Shown piece by piece: positions 47,202 through 57,500 of a stretch of DNA of 64,000 nucleotides (positions within the stretch are counted from its first letter, which is position 1; each line of letters begins with the position of its first letter). The translations under genes were made by a program, and so were the position numbers. Location of the stretch: contig JAZNXE010000028.1 of the NCBI GenBank assembly GCA_045593725.1, positions 10,694-74,693 on the forward strand, read 5' to 3'. Origin of the DNA: Eubacteriales bacterium (GTDB lineage Bacteria > Bacillota > Clostridia > Oscillospirales > CAG-272). The notes beneath the pieces were generated by a model, which was not told the origin of the DNA, made no database searches, and saw only the letters and a list, made by a program, of their open reading frames with translations.

Positions 47202-47262
47202 TGAAAATTTTGCTGCTTATATGTATGTATAAGGAAATAAAAACACTTTTAGGAGGATTATT

Positions 47263-48441
47263 ATGAAGAAAATGAAAAAGCTTTTAGCGCTCATCCTTGC
47301 CGCTATTATGCTTCTATCCCTTGTGGCTTGTGACATCGAGGTGGATAACGGCGATTGGGGCGGCGACAAAACCCGAGGCACTAACAAAAACACCTCTGGA
47401 ATTGATGGAAACTATGCCGACAATAGCCAAACCAATAGCCCGACTGACTCATCGGACAAAACAGAACCGATCAGATTTAAGCATAGCGATACCTTTTACA
47501 ACGCTAAAAAGCGCTGGAGTGATATTTGGGAGGCGGGAAGACCTACCGACAGAGTGCGTGATTTTATCACTCAGGAAGCGCCATTTAACTTTTTAGCTGA
47601 GCAAGGCGTGGTTTATTATAACGATAATGGGCAACCCCGCCTTTACGTTGATGATGATTGTAACAATGATCTTTGTTTGCAAACTCAAGCCTTTATTGAT
47701 ACCAATAGCGATGAAAATGATTTTTATCTTTTAGTTCAATATATTGACGACGGTGATGTTGAATTTCGCAAATCAGCTGAGCTTGGTACAATTCTTTCTA
47801 CCTGGATGCTTAAATATACTTTATCTGACCAGTGTTATCAAGATCTATTATTGTTAGACGCAGATTTTAGGCAAAATCTGCTGATTCAACAAATTGACAA
47901 GGAATATGAACCTGAGGTTGTAAGTCATACTGTTGCAGAGTATAATTTTTTAGGACCTTTTGGTTTTTATTACGGGATTAAAGATGCTGTAAGTAGTCAA
48001 CATTGTATATATAGTTTAACAGAGGCTACTAATTATATCGAAGATATTGATTTTGAAAATATGGAAATGACTGTAAATTATAATTTAAAGGAACATCCCG
48101 GACAAATATATTCCTATACCTTTAAAGTAACCGAAAGTTCCCAATGGCTTAACAAACTGACTGAGGAGCAACGTAATACCGCGACCTGGGATCAAGTTAT
48201 GCGTATTAAGGAAACTTCTGTAGGTAAGAGCTTGGATGATATTAGGTATGCGGGGATAGGAATTGGTCCTGATGCTGAACAAAAAGCAAGCGCGACACTT
48301 AAATATGATTTTGAAGTATTGAAGGAAGGCTACTCTAGCAAAAGTACTCAATTTAACAAATATGAGTTGGGGCAAATCTCTTTTGAGCAAGTAAATAACC
48401 TAACTCGTCAATACGCTAAAGATAATGGACTTATAAAATAA
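47263..48441 (+). CDS. hypothetical lipoprotein (visibly lower G+C than surroundings)
   Basis: MKKMKKLLALILAAIMLLSLVAC lipobox with AGGAGG RBS. A/T-ending codon habit differs from the neighbouring genes. No family recognised. Confidence 0.75.
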   Translation: MKKMKKLLALILAAIMLLSLVACDIEVDNGDWGGDKTRGTNKNTSGIDGNYADNSQTNSPTDSSDKTEPIRFKHSDTFYNAKKRWSDIWEAGRPTDRVRDFITQEAPFNFLAEQGVVYYNDNGQPRLYVDDDCNNDLCLQTQAFIDTNSDENDFYLLVQYIDDGDVEFRKSAELGTILSTWMLKYTLSDQCYQDLLLLDADFRQNLLIQQIDKEYEPEVVSHTVAEYNFLGPFGFYYGIKDAVSSQHCIYSLTEATNYIEDIDFENMEMTVNYNLKEHPGQIYSYTFKVTESSQWLNKLTEEQRNTATWDQVMRIKETSVGKSLDDIRYAGIGIGPDAEQKASATLKYDFEVLKEGYSSKSTQFNKYELGQISFEQVNNLTRQYAKDNGLIK

Positions 48442-48470
48442 AAAACAAATCAAAATGGCAGATCCCCTTA

Positions 48471-48503
48471 GCGCGGGCTCTTGAAAAGCCTTCAGACCTA
48501 CAC
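48471..48503 (-). repeat. right (inverted) copy of the repeat at 46181-46211
   Basis: See 46181-46211. This copy lies inside the loop of a longer hairpin, ATCCCCTTA (48462-70) / TAAGGGGAT (48504-12). Confidence 0.55.
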
Positions 48504-48521
48504 TAAGGGGATGGTGTCGTT

Positions 48522-48545
48522 GCGCCGTAGAGGGCGCTTTTTTTA
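48522..48545 (+). terminator. rho-independent terminator after the lipoprotein gene
   Basis: GCGCC-GTAGAG-GGCGC followed by TTTTTTTT. Confidence 0.75.
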
Positions 48546-48546
48546 T

Positions 48547-48848
48547 TTAATCTTCCGCGTACAGCTCGTCGTAATACCAACGAATTGGATTTTCGTGAAT
48601 GTATTTTAAATGTTCATCATAATCCTGGCGGTTGCGGATAATGTGGTCATTGGAACGATATTGCCAAATATTCATTCCGTATTCTTTATTACAAAATCGC
48701 TTGAAGGTTGACAGAGAACGCCGGTCCCTACAATGCGCGAGAGAATACACTTTCTCTCTTTCGTACATACGGTTAAGAAAAATACACCCGTGCTATTATA
48801 ATCAGCGCCTTGCAGCCGCGTTGTTTTTCTGTTTTTCTTTTCTTCCAT
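48547..48848 (-). pseudogene. decayed IS200-like / REP-associated (RAYT-type) Y1 transposase gene
   Basis: Two out-of-frame halves. 48848-48672 (own translation) gives MEEKKNRKTTRLQGADYNSTGVFFLTVCTKERKCILSRIVGTG..., the family N-terminus. 48768-48547 (track ORF) gives ...STFKRFCNKEYGMNIWQYRSNDHIIRNRQDYDEHLKYIHENPIRW, the family C-terminus. The central HUH-motif part is missing. Confidence 0.7.
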
Positions 48849-48878
48849 ATTCCGTTACCCTCATCATTATATCGCAAG

Positions 48879-48910
48879 ATCGGCAGAGAAACAATGTCTC
48901 TGCCGATTTT
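48879..48910 (+). repeat. hairpin copy B (near-identical to the terminator hairpin at 16702-16734)
   Basis: ATCGGCAGAGA-AACAATG-TCTCTGCCGAT followed by TTT. About 30 of 33 positions match copy A with the stem preserved. Sits 31 nt upstream of the transposase pseudogene start. Confidence 0.65.
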
Positions 48911-48948
48911 AAACGTATTTATCAAACCCACGCAAATCAAAAATTTGA

Positions 48949-49878
48949 TTAGTCAAACAGGGGTGTAGAAAGATATCTGGCTCCCGTGTCGGGGAGGAGG
49001 ACTACTATGGTCTTGCCCTTGTTTTCGGGGAGCTTGGCAAGCTCTGTGGCAACGTGCAGTGCCGCCCCCGAGGTTATTCCGCAGAGTATGCCCTCGGTAC
49101 GGGCAAGCTCCTTTGCCGTAGCGTAGGAGTCGGCTTCGCTGACCGTGACCACTCTATCCACAAGGTCCTTGTTGAAATTCTTGGGAATGAAGTTCGCACC
49201 TATACCCTGAAGCCCGTGGATCCCGCTCTTTCCTTTTGATATAAGAGGTGATGATGAAGGCTCTACGCCTACTATCTGTATATTGCGGCTTTTACCCTTA
49301 AGATATTCGGCGACGCCGCTTATAGTTCCCCCCGTGCCTATTCCCGCAACGAAGATGTCTATTTTGCCTTCGGTGTCACGCCATATTTCCGCGCCCGTTG
49401 TATCTCTGTGAGCCTCGGGGTTTGCGGGGTTATCAAACTGGGAGGGAATAAACGAGGAGGGGAAAGAGGCAGCAAGCTCCTGCGCCTTGTCTATCGCGCC
49501 CTTCATACCAAGTCTTGCGTCGGTGAGAACTATCTCCGCTCCGTAGGCGGCAAGAAGCTTTCTGCGCTCAATGCTCATGCTCTCGGGCATAGTGAGTATT
49601 ATGCGGTATCCGCGTGATGCCGCGATAGCCGCAAGACCTATGCCTGTATTTCCGCTGGTCGGTTCTATTATTACGGTGCTTCCGTCCTTGCTTATAAGTC
49701 CCTTTTCCTCGGCGTCGTTTATCATATTGAGGGCGGGTCTGTCCTTTGCGCTTCCCGCGGGATTGAGATATTCAAGCTTACAGAGTATTTGCGCTCCGCG
49801 AGCGTTTTTTTCATTGTATCTGTTAGTCAGGAGCAGAGGAGTGTTTCCTATAAGCTCGGAAATGCTTTGATATATCAT
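48949..49878 (-). CDS. cysK: cysteine synthase A (O-acetylserine sulfhydrylase)
   Basis: LEYLNPAGSAKDR (PLP Lys), EPTSGNTGIGLA and AGIGTGGTISG. Start ATG 49878 behind AGGAG rather than track start 49914. Confidence 0.9.
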   Translation of the reverse strand: MIYQSISELIGNTPLLLTNRYNEKNARGAQILCKLEYLNPAGSAKDRPALNMINDAEEKGLISKDGSTVIIEPTSGNTGIGLAAIAASRGYRIILTMPESMSIERRKLLAAYGAEIVLTDARLGMKGAIDKAQELAASFPSSFIPSQFDNPANPEAHRDTTGAEIWRDTEGKIDIFVAGIGTGGTISGVAEYLKGKSRNIQIVGVEPSSSPLISKGKSGIHGLQGIGANFIPKNFNKDLVDRVVTVSEADSYATAKELARTEGILCGITSGAALHVATELAKLPENKGKTIVVLLPDTGARYLSTPLFD

Positions 49879-49895
49879 AAATATTCTCCTTCGTA

Positions 49896-49937
49896 AAATT
49901 AAATAACCGTACATAGCGGTGAGAAACTATGTACGGT
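49896..49937 (-). terminator. rho-independent terminator after rpsT
   Basis: 11-bp stem ACCGTACATAG / CTATGTACGGT with a 10-nt loop, followed on the minus strand by TATTTAATTTT. Confidence 0.7.
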
Positions 49938-49942
49938 CATTA

Positions 49943-50203
49943 TTACATCTTGTTGAGAGCTTTTGTAAACTGGCTCTTCTTGCGGGCAGCAGCATTCTTG
50001 TGAATGATGTTGCGAGCAGCAGCCTGGTCTATCTTCTTGACAGCAACCTTGTAGGTTTCCTGCGCAAGAGCAGCGTCACCTGCAGCAACAGCCGCCTGAT
50101 ACTTCTTGATATCGGTCTTGAGCTCTGTCTTGAACATCTTGTTCTGAAGTGTCTTTGTCTTTGTTACGAGAACACGCTTCTTAGCACTTTTAATATTCGG
50201 CAT
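49943..50203 (-). CDS. rpsT: 30S ribosomal protein S20
   Basis: MPNIKSAKKRVLVTKTKTLQNKMFKTELKT... 86 aa, basic. GGAGG RBS. Confidence 0.93.
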   Translation of the reverse strand: MPNIKSAKKRVLVTKTKTLQNKMFKTELKTDIKKYQAAVAAGDAALAQETYKVAVKKIDQAAARNIIHKNAAARKKSQFTKALNKM

Positions 50204-50286
50204 TGCTTTCTACCTCCGTTAAGCATTATTTAAGATTGAGCACTGCGCATGAGAGGGTACGAGTGCATTCGTCCATACGAATATAT

Positions 50287-50315
50287 ATATTACCACAAAA
50301 CATTTTTGATTGCAA
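50287..50315 (-). promoter_or_regulatory. sigma-A-type promoter of rpsT
   Basis: On the minus strand: TTGCAA (50315-50310), 17-nt spacer, TAATAT (50292-50287). Confidence 0.55.
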
Positions 50316-50414
50316 TACCTTTTTCAAAAAAAGTTAAAAAAAAGAAAAAATTTTTTCAAAATAGAAGAATATGCCTCAAAAGTTAAATTTTTTTTGTTTT
50401 TTTGAAAAAACCGC

Positions 50415-50443
50415 TTGACAAACCTTGACAACCGTGCTATAAT
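50415..50443 (+). promoter_or_regulatory. consensus sigma-A promoter of rpoB-rpoC
   Basis: TTGACA (50415-50420), 17-nt spacer, TATAAT (50438-50443). Preceded by a ~90-nt almost pure A/T tract and followed by a ~190-nt GC-containing leader. Confidence 0.65.
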
Positions 50444-50635
50444 TGTAAACTGCATTATAATTGCTTATTATGCCTTTTTGTGCCCTCGCGGCGTAAATAC
50501 CGTGTCGAAAGCGCTGAAAATTTTCGATATTATATTTATACGCGTGTACGGGCGCGAAAGGACAAAAAAGCATCGCTTCCGTGTTCCGCGGCGGTACAGT
50601 GAGCGGATAATACTTTGAATGGAGTGGTAAAATTA

Positions 50636-53600
50636 ATGGTCAATGTAAAAGAACAAAAGCTTGGTCAGAACACGAGAATGAGCTTCTCGAAATCACAGTT
50701 CCCGTGTGAGCTTCCGAATCTCGTTGAGGTACAGACAAAGTCCTTCAAGTGGTTTTTGGAGGAGGGTCTTATGGAGGTGCTTCGCGACGTATCTCCTATA
50801 ACCGATCATTCGGATAATCTCGTTATAGAATTCGTTTCGTATTCTATCGACCAGAAGCCAAAGTACACAGTTGAGGAATGTAAGGAGCGCGACGCTAACT
50901 ATGCGGCTCCCCTTAAGGTAAACGTCCGTCTTACCAACAAGCTTACGGGTGAGGTCAAGCAGACAGACATATTTATGGGCGATTTCCCCATAATGACAGA
51001 GACAGGTACATTCGTTATCAACGGCGCGGAGCGTGTTATCGTTTCTCAGATAATCCGTTCTCCCGGTATGTACTACGACAATACTATTGACAAAACGGGT
51101 AAAGAGGTTTACAGCGCTCAGGTAATTCCTTACAGAGGAGCTTGGCTTGAGTATGAGGTTGACGCAAGCGGAGTTATGTACGTCCGTATAGACAAGACCC
51201 GTAAGCTCCCTCTTACTATGTTTATCCGCGCTCTCGGAAAGGGAACAAGAGAGGAAATATACGAGCTTCTCGGCGAGGAGGAGGCACTTACCGCTACCTT
51301 CGATAAGGACGAGTCCGAGGCTCTGGCTATTCATTCGGGCACCACTCCCGAGATAGAGGCGCTCAAGGAGATATACAAGAAGCTGCGTCCCGGCGAGCCT
51401 GCTCTCGTTGAGCCTGCGCAGACTCTTATAAACAACTATTTCTTTGATTGCAAGCGTTACGATATCGCTGGGGTAGGACGCTATAAGTTTGATAAGAAGC
51501 TTGGCATACACTCCCGTATAAGAGGTCACAAGCTTGCAGCTCCCGTAGTAAGCCCTCTCACGGGTGAGATACTCTTCGAGGCAGGCAAGGTGCTTACCAA
51601 CGAGGAGGCACACCTTATTGAAAACGCCGGCGTAAATGACGTGCGCCTTGAGCTTGATAACGGAAAGGTTATCAAGGTTCTTTCCAACAACACCATTTAT
51701 CCAGAGCATATTCTCGGCTACGGGCTTGAGGACTGCGGTGTAAACGAGAAGGTAAGGATTCCCGTTCTTCTTGAGATAGCAGAAGCTTGCGGCGACGACG
51801 TTGATGCGGTAAAGGCTATGGTTAAGGAGAGAATGGCTGACCTTTGCCCCAAGTGCCTTACTAAGGACGACGTATTCGCGTCTGTAAACTACCTGCTGAA
51901 CCTTATGAACGGCGTGGGTAAGAAGGACGATATCGACCACCTTGGAAACAGACGTATCCGTTCTGTGGGCGAGCAGCTTCAGAATCAGCTCCGCATCGGA
52001 TTTACCAGAATGGATAAGATAATAAAGGAAAGAATGACCATTCAGGACGGCGAAAAGCTGACTCCCGGCGCGCTTATCAACATTAAGCCCGTTACCACGG
52101 TCATCCGTGAGTTCTTCGGCTCTTCTCAGCTTTCTCAGTTCATGGACCAGAACAACCCTCTGGCGGAGCTTACGCATAAGCGCCGTCTGTCGGCTCTCGG
52201 CCCAGGAGGACTTTCGCGTGAAAGAGCGTCCTTCGACGTCCGTGACGTTCACTACACTCACTACGGACGTATGTGTCCTATCGAGACTCCCGAAGGTCCT
52301 AACATCGGTCTTATTTCCTATCTGACTACCTATGCAAGAATAAACGATTACGGTTTTATCGAGGCTCCCTTCCGCAAGATAGACAAGGAAACAGGCAGAG
52401 TTACCGACGAGGTAGTATATATGACTGCCGACAAGGAGGATAACTACGTTATCGTTCCCGCAAACGAGCCTATTGATGAAAACGGATACTTTGTACACGA
52501 CAGAGTTACCGCAAGAGATAAGGGTGAATTCGTAGAGAGAACCCCCTCTGAGGTGGATTATATGGACGTTTCTCCCAAGATGGTGGTATCGGTAGCTACC
52601 GCTATGATACCCTTCCTTGAAAACGACGACAACTCCCGTGCGCTCATGGGCTCTAACATGCAGAAGCAGGCGGTTCCGCTTATGGTTACCGACAGCCCCA
52701 TAGTTGGTACGGGTATGGAGTACAAGGCTGCTGTTGACTCGGGTGTAGTTATAGTTGCCAAGAACGGCGGTGTGGTTGAAAAGGTAGATGCTACCAATAT
52801 AGTCATAGCTTGTGAGGACGGTCACAGAGACGTTTACGACCTTATTAAGTTTAAGAAGACAAACCAGGGAACCTGCTTTAACCAAAGACCTGTGGTCGCG
52901 CGCGGTGACGTTATCAGCGCAGGTCAGGTAATAGCAGACGGCCCCGCTACCAGCAACGGTGAGATATCCCTCGGTAAGAACGCCCTTATCGGATTTATGA
53001 CATGGGAGGGTTATAACTACGAGGACGCGGTGCTTCTTAACGAGCGTCTGGTAAGAGATGACGTTTATACCTCTCTCCATATAGAGGAATATACACACGA
53101 GGCGAGAGATACAAAGCTCGGACCGGAGGAAATAACCCGTGAGATACCCAACGTGGGTGAGGATGCCCTTAAGGACCTTAATACCGAGGGTATTGTAAAG
53201 AAGGGAACCGAGGTAAGAGCGGGAGATATTCTCGTAGGTAAGATAACTCCTAAGGGAGAAACAGAGCTTACCGCCGAGGAAAGATTGCTTCGCGCTATCT
53301 TCGGCGAAAAGGCAAGAGAGGTAAGAGATACCTCGTTGCGTCTGCCCCACGGAGAGTCGGGTATAGTCGTTGACGTAAAGGTATTCTCACACGAGCACAA
53401 CGATGACCTTCCCGCAGGTGTAAACAAGGTAGTCCGCGTTTATATCGCTCAGAAGCGTAAGATATCCGTAGGAGATAAGATGGCAGGACGTCACGGAAAC
53501 AAGGGTGTCGTTTCCCGCATCCTTCCTCCCGAGGATATGCCCTTCCTGGCAGACGGAACTCCTCTTGATATCGTTCTTAACCCCTTGGGCGTTCCTTCCC

Positions 53601-54538
53601 GTATGAATATCGGTCAGGTTCTTGAGGTGCACCTTGGTATTGCCGCAAGAAAGCTTGGCTGGAAGATAATGACCCCCGTATTTGACGGCGCTAACGAGAG
53701 AGATATCGTCGAGTGCTTGCGTATGGCGGGCAACTGCAGAAGAATTCTCCCCGGTGAGAACGTTGACGGTAAGCCTTTGTTCATCCGCACTGTGGATGAG
53801 GACGGAAAAGAGGACCTTATCCGCCTTAGTGACGAGCAGAGAGCAGACGCTGAGGAAATGAAGCGTCTTATGGATGAGGATAAGATAAGAGTTATAGACG
53901 GTAAGACCATACTTTACGACGGCAGAACAGGAGAACCCTTCGACAACCCTGTAACCGTTGGTATAATGTATTACCTCAAGCTCCATCACCTTGTTGACGA
54001 TAAGATCCACGCCCGTTCCAACGGACCGTACTCCATCGTAACTCAGCAGCCTCTCGGAGGTAAGGCTCAGTTCGGCGGACAGCGTTTCGGAGAAATGGAG
54101 GTATGGGCTCTGGAGGCATACGGCGCGGCTTATACTCTTCAGGAGATACTCACCGTTAAGTCCGACGATATCAACGGACGCCGCAGAGCTTATGAGGCTA
54201 TCATCAAGGGACAGAACATCCCCACCCCCGGTGTTCCCGAGTCCTTCAAGGTGCTTGTTAAGGAGCTTCAGTCACTGGCACTGGATATCCGTACCCTTGA
54301 CAAGGACGGTAACGATATCCAGCTCTCAACGCTTTGCAACGACGAGGAGGAGCAGTCGCCTTATTCGGGAAGAGCGGATATGGCTCTTCTTGACGACATT
54401 ACCGATAACGCTGTTGAGACAGACGATATAGCCGATTCCTTCCTTATCGACGAGGTTGACGGAGAGGACGACGATTTCTCCTATGAGGAGGAAGAGGTCT
54501 TCGAGGGCTTTGACGGTATGGATGACGATAATATGTAA
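50636..54538 (+). CDS. rpoB: DNA-directed RNA polymerase subunit beta
   Basis: Universal beta strings throughout (e.g. [69 protein letters not shown]). Start ATG 50636 behind GGAGTGG. Confidence 0.97.
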   Translation: MVNVKEQKLGQNTRMSFSKSQFPCELPNLVEVQTKSFKWFLEEGLMEVLRDVSPITDHSDNLVIEFVSYSIDQKPKYTVEECKERDANYAAPLKVNVRLTNKLTGEVKQTDIFMGDFPIMTETGTFVINGAERVIVSQIIRSPGMYYDNTIDKTGKEVYSAQVIPYRGAWLEYEVDASGVMYVRIDKTRKLPLTMFIRALGKGTREEIYELLGEEEALTATFDKDESEALAIHSGTTPEIEALKEIYKKLRPGEPALVEPAQTLINNYFFDCKRYDIAGVGRYKFDKKLGIHSRIRGHKLAAPVVSPLTGEILFEAGKVLTNEEAHLIENAGVNDVRLELDNGKVIKVLSNNTIYPEHILGYGLEDCGVNEKVRIPVLLEIAEACGDDVDAVKAMVKERMADLCPKCLTKDDVFASVNYLLNLMNGVGKKDDIDHLGNRRIRSVGEQLQNQLRIGFTRMDKIIKERMTIQDGEKLTPGALINIKPVTTVIREFFGSSQLSQFMDQNNPLAELTHKRRLSALGPGGLSRERASFDVRDVHYTHYGRMCPIETPEGPNIGLISYLTTYARINDYGFIEAPFRKIDKETGRVTDEVVYMTADKEDNYVIVPANEPIDENGYFVHDRVTARDKGEFVERTPSEVDYMDVSPKMVVSVATAMIPFLENDDNSRALMGSNMQKQAVPLMVTDSPIVGTGMEYKAAVDSGVVIVAKNGGVVEKVDATNIVIACEDGHRDVYDLIKFKKTNQGTCFNQRPVVARGDVISAGQVIADGPATSNGEISLGKNALIGFMTWEGYNYEDAVLLNERLVRDDVYTSLHIEEYTHEARDTKLGPEEITREIPNVGEDALKDLNTEGIVKKGTEVRAGDILVGKITPKGETELTAEERLLRAIFGEKAREVRDTSLRLPHGESGIVVDVKVFSHEHNDDLPAGVNKVVRVYIAQKRKISVGDKMAGRHGNKGVVSRILPPEDMPFLADGTPLDIVLNPLGVPSRMNIGQVLEVHLGIAARKLGWKIMTPVFDGANERDIVECLRMAGNCRRILPGENVDGKPLFIRTVDEDGKEDLIRLSDEQRADAEEMKRLMDEDKIRVIDGKTILYDGRTGEPFDNPVTVGIMYYLKLHHLVDDKIHARSNGPYSIVTQQPLGGKAQFGGQRFGEMEVWALEAYGAAYTLQEILTVKSDDINGRRRAYEAIIKGQNIPTPGVPESFKVLVKELQSLALDIRTLDKDGNDIQLSTLCNDEEEQSPYSGRADMALLDDITDNAVETDDIADSFLIDEVDGEDDDFSYEEEEVFEGFDGMDDDNM

Positions 54539-54556
54539 TTAAGAAGGAGAACAGCT

Positions 54557-57500
54557 GTGCAACGTAATGAATTTGATTCAATAAAAATAGGTCTGGCATC
54601 TCCGGATATGATCAGAGAGTGGTCTTACGGCGAGGTTACTAAGCCCGAGACTATAAATTACAGAACACTTAAGGCAGAGGTGGGCGGACTCTTCTGCGAG
54701 CGTATCTTTGGTCCTACCAAGGACGGCGCTTGTATGTGCGGAAAGTACAAAAATTCCCACAACAGAGAGGTCCACAAGTGTGAGAAGTGTGGCGTTGACG
54801 TTACTACCAAGAAGGTAAGACGTGAGCGTATGGGTCATATTGAGCTGGTAGCTCCCGTATCCCATATCTGGTATTTTAAGGCTATTCCTTCAAGAATGGC
54901 TTTGGTGCTTGACATATCTCCGAAGCTTCTTGAGCAGGTGCTTTACTTTGCTGACCATATAGTTCTTGATCCCGGTGCAACACCCCTTGAGAAGGGAACT
55001 GTGCTCAATGAGAAGCAGTATCAGGAGAACAGAGAGCTTTACGGCGACGATTTCCGCGTGGGAATGGGAGCTGAGGCTATCAAGGAGCTTCTCGCAGGTA
55101 TAAATATTGAGGAGCTTTCAGCAGAGCTTAAGCGGGAGCTTGAGAATTCCTCGGGACAGAAGAAGATGCGTATAATCAAGCGTCTTGAGGTGATAGAGGC
55201 ATTCCACAAGTCGGGCAACAGGCTTGAGTGGATGATAATGGACGTAGTTCCCGTGCTTCCCGCTGACCTTCGTCCTATGGTACAGCTCGACGGAGGACGC
55301 TTCGCAACCTCCGATATCAACGAGCTTTACCGCAGAGTTATAAGCAGAAACAACCGTCTTAAGAAGATAATTGAGATACACGCCCCCGAGATAGTTATTC
55401 GTAACGAGAAGCGTATGCTTCAGGAGGCTGTTGACGCGCTTATTGATAACGGTAGGCGCGGAAAGCCTGTAACAGGTCCCTCTAACCGTCCTCTTAAGTC
55501 ACTCTCCGAGCTTCTTCGCGGTAAGCAGGGACGCTTCCGTCAGAACCTCCTTGGTAAGCGTGTTGACTACTCGGGACGTTCTGTTATCGTCGTTGGTCCT
55601 TCGCTTAAGATATATCAGTGCGGACTTCCTAAGGAGATGGCACTTGAGCTATTCAAGCCCTTCGTTGTTAAAAGACTTGAGGAGATACAGCGTATCGGCG
55701 TAAAGGACGCGCTTAAGAAGATAGAGAAGGCACACGAAAACCCCTGCGTATGGGATGCCCTTGAGAACGTAATTAAGGAACACCCCGTTCTTCTCAACCG
55801 TGCGCCTACCCTTCACAGACTTTCTATTCAGGCGTTTGAGCCGGTGCTTGTAGAGGGAAGAGCTATAAAGCTCCACCCGCTGGTATGTACCGCGTTTAAC
55901 GCAGACTTCGACGGCGACCAGATGCCTGTACACGTTCCCCTTTCGGCAGAGGCTCAGGCTGAGGCAAGATTCCTTATGCTCTCGGCTAATAACCTCTTAA
56001 AGCCCATGGACGGACGCGCTGTGGCGGTTCCTTCTCAGGATATGATACTCGGTTCTTACTACCTTACTATGGATAAGGCGGGAGAGCCGGGCGAGGGAAG
56101 AGCATTCCGTGATTTCAACGAGGCAATGATGGCATACGCCAACGGTGCGCTGGGACTTCACGCTCCCATTAAGATAAGAGTTACCAAGGAGATAGACGGA
56201 GTTAAGAAGACAAAGCTTATCGACGCTACTCTCGGAAGACTTATATTCAACGCGCCCATTCCTCAGGACCTCGGATTTATACGCCGTGATACAGAGGATT
56301 CTCTCTTTGAGCTTGAGATACAGACCGTCGTAAAGAAGAAGGAGCTTGGTAAGCTTATTGATTACTGTATCAAGAAGCACGGCTCTGCTGTCTGCGCGGA
56401 GATGCTTGACAACATCAAGGAGATGGGCTACAAGTACTCCACCAGAGCTTCCTACTCTATCTCGGTATATGATATGACTATACCCGAGGAGAAGAAGGAA
56501 TATATCGCAGCGGCTCAGAAGAAGGTGGACGCTATCAACGCTACCTACGAGGAAGGTCTTCTGACCGACGAGGAGCGCTACAACAACGTTATCAAGGTTT
56601 GGGAAAAGACCACAAACGACGTTACCGCGGCTCTCCAGAAGGGCTTTGATAACTACAATCCTATTAAGATAATGTCTGATTCGGGTGCCCGTGGATCTAT
56701 CGCGCAGATGCGTCAGCTGGCGGGTATGCGTGGACTTATGTTCGCTACCAACGGTAAGACCATCGAGCTTCCTATTAAATCCAACTTCCGTGAAGGACTT
56801 AATATCCTTGAGTACTTTATGGGTGCTAAGGGTTCGCGTAAGTCGCTTTCGGATACTGCGCTTCGTACGGCAGACTCGGGTTATCTTACCCGCCGTCTTG
56901 TTGACGTTTCTCAGGACGTTATCGTTCGCGAGGAAAAGTGCGATACCACTAAGGGCGCTTGGGTAGAGCAGATAGTTGACGAGAATAACAACACCGTACT
57001 TGAAAATCTTCAGGATAGAATTCAGGGCCGTTACACCATAGGCGAGATAATCAATCCCAATACGGGAGAGGTTATAGTCGGTGACGACGAGATGATATCC
57101 GAGGAGCAGGCAAACGAGATAGTAGGTGCGGGTATCGAGAGAGTTTATATCAGAACCGCTATTCAGTGTCACGCTAAGCACGGTATCTGCGCTCACTGCT
57201 ACGGAGCTGACCTTGCTTCGGGCAAACCTGTTAAGGTTGGTGAGGCAGTAGGTATCATTGCGGCACAGTCTATCGGTGAGCCGGGTACACAGCTTACCAT
57301 GCGTACCTTCCATACGGGTGGTGTCGCAGGCTCGGATATTACTCAGGGTCTTCCCAGAGTTGAAGAGCTTTTCGAGGCGAGAACGCCTAAAAAGACCTCT
57401 GTCCTTGCGGAAGTTGACGGAACAGTTGAGCTTATAGAGGCAGGTGACGTAGCTAATACCTACGTAATTTACCTTAAGACAGGCGAGGGCGAGAGTATTC

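Noticed and set aside
47060-47266. 68-aa ORF (GTG start) just upstream of the lipoprotein gene.
   Set aside because: It has no RBS and reads straight through a strong intrinsic terminator and a promoter-like sequence. The product is Phe/Leu-rich and low-complexity, a result of the T-rich DNA.
46181-48503. Possibility that the hairpins are integron attC sites or that the segment is a gene cassette.
   Set aside because: There are no RYYYAAC/GTTRRRY core pairs at the hairpin ends and no intI integrase in the window.
50693-53350. Very long antisense ORFs opposite highly expressed genes: 885 aa opposite rpoB; 696 aa (55997-58087) opposite rpoC; 707 aa (61222-63345) opposite the PEPCK gene; 572 aa (28323-30041) opposite ntpA; 540 aa (21053-22675) opposite recG; 405 aa (14059-15276) opposite the EF-G paralogue.
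   Set aside because: Each is in the codon-aligned antisense phase (same coordinate mod 3 as the sense gene). In that phase an antisense stop requires a sense TTA, CTA or TCA codon. The sense genes almost never use those codons (Leu is CTT/CTG, Ser is TCC/TCG/AGC), so the frame stays open by codon bias alone. None has an RBS, and the translations are low-complexity.
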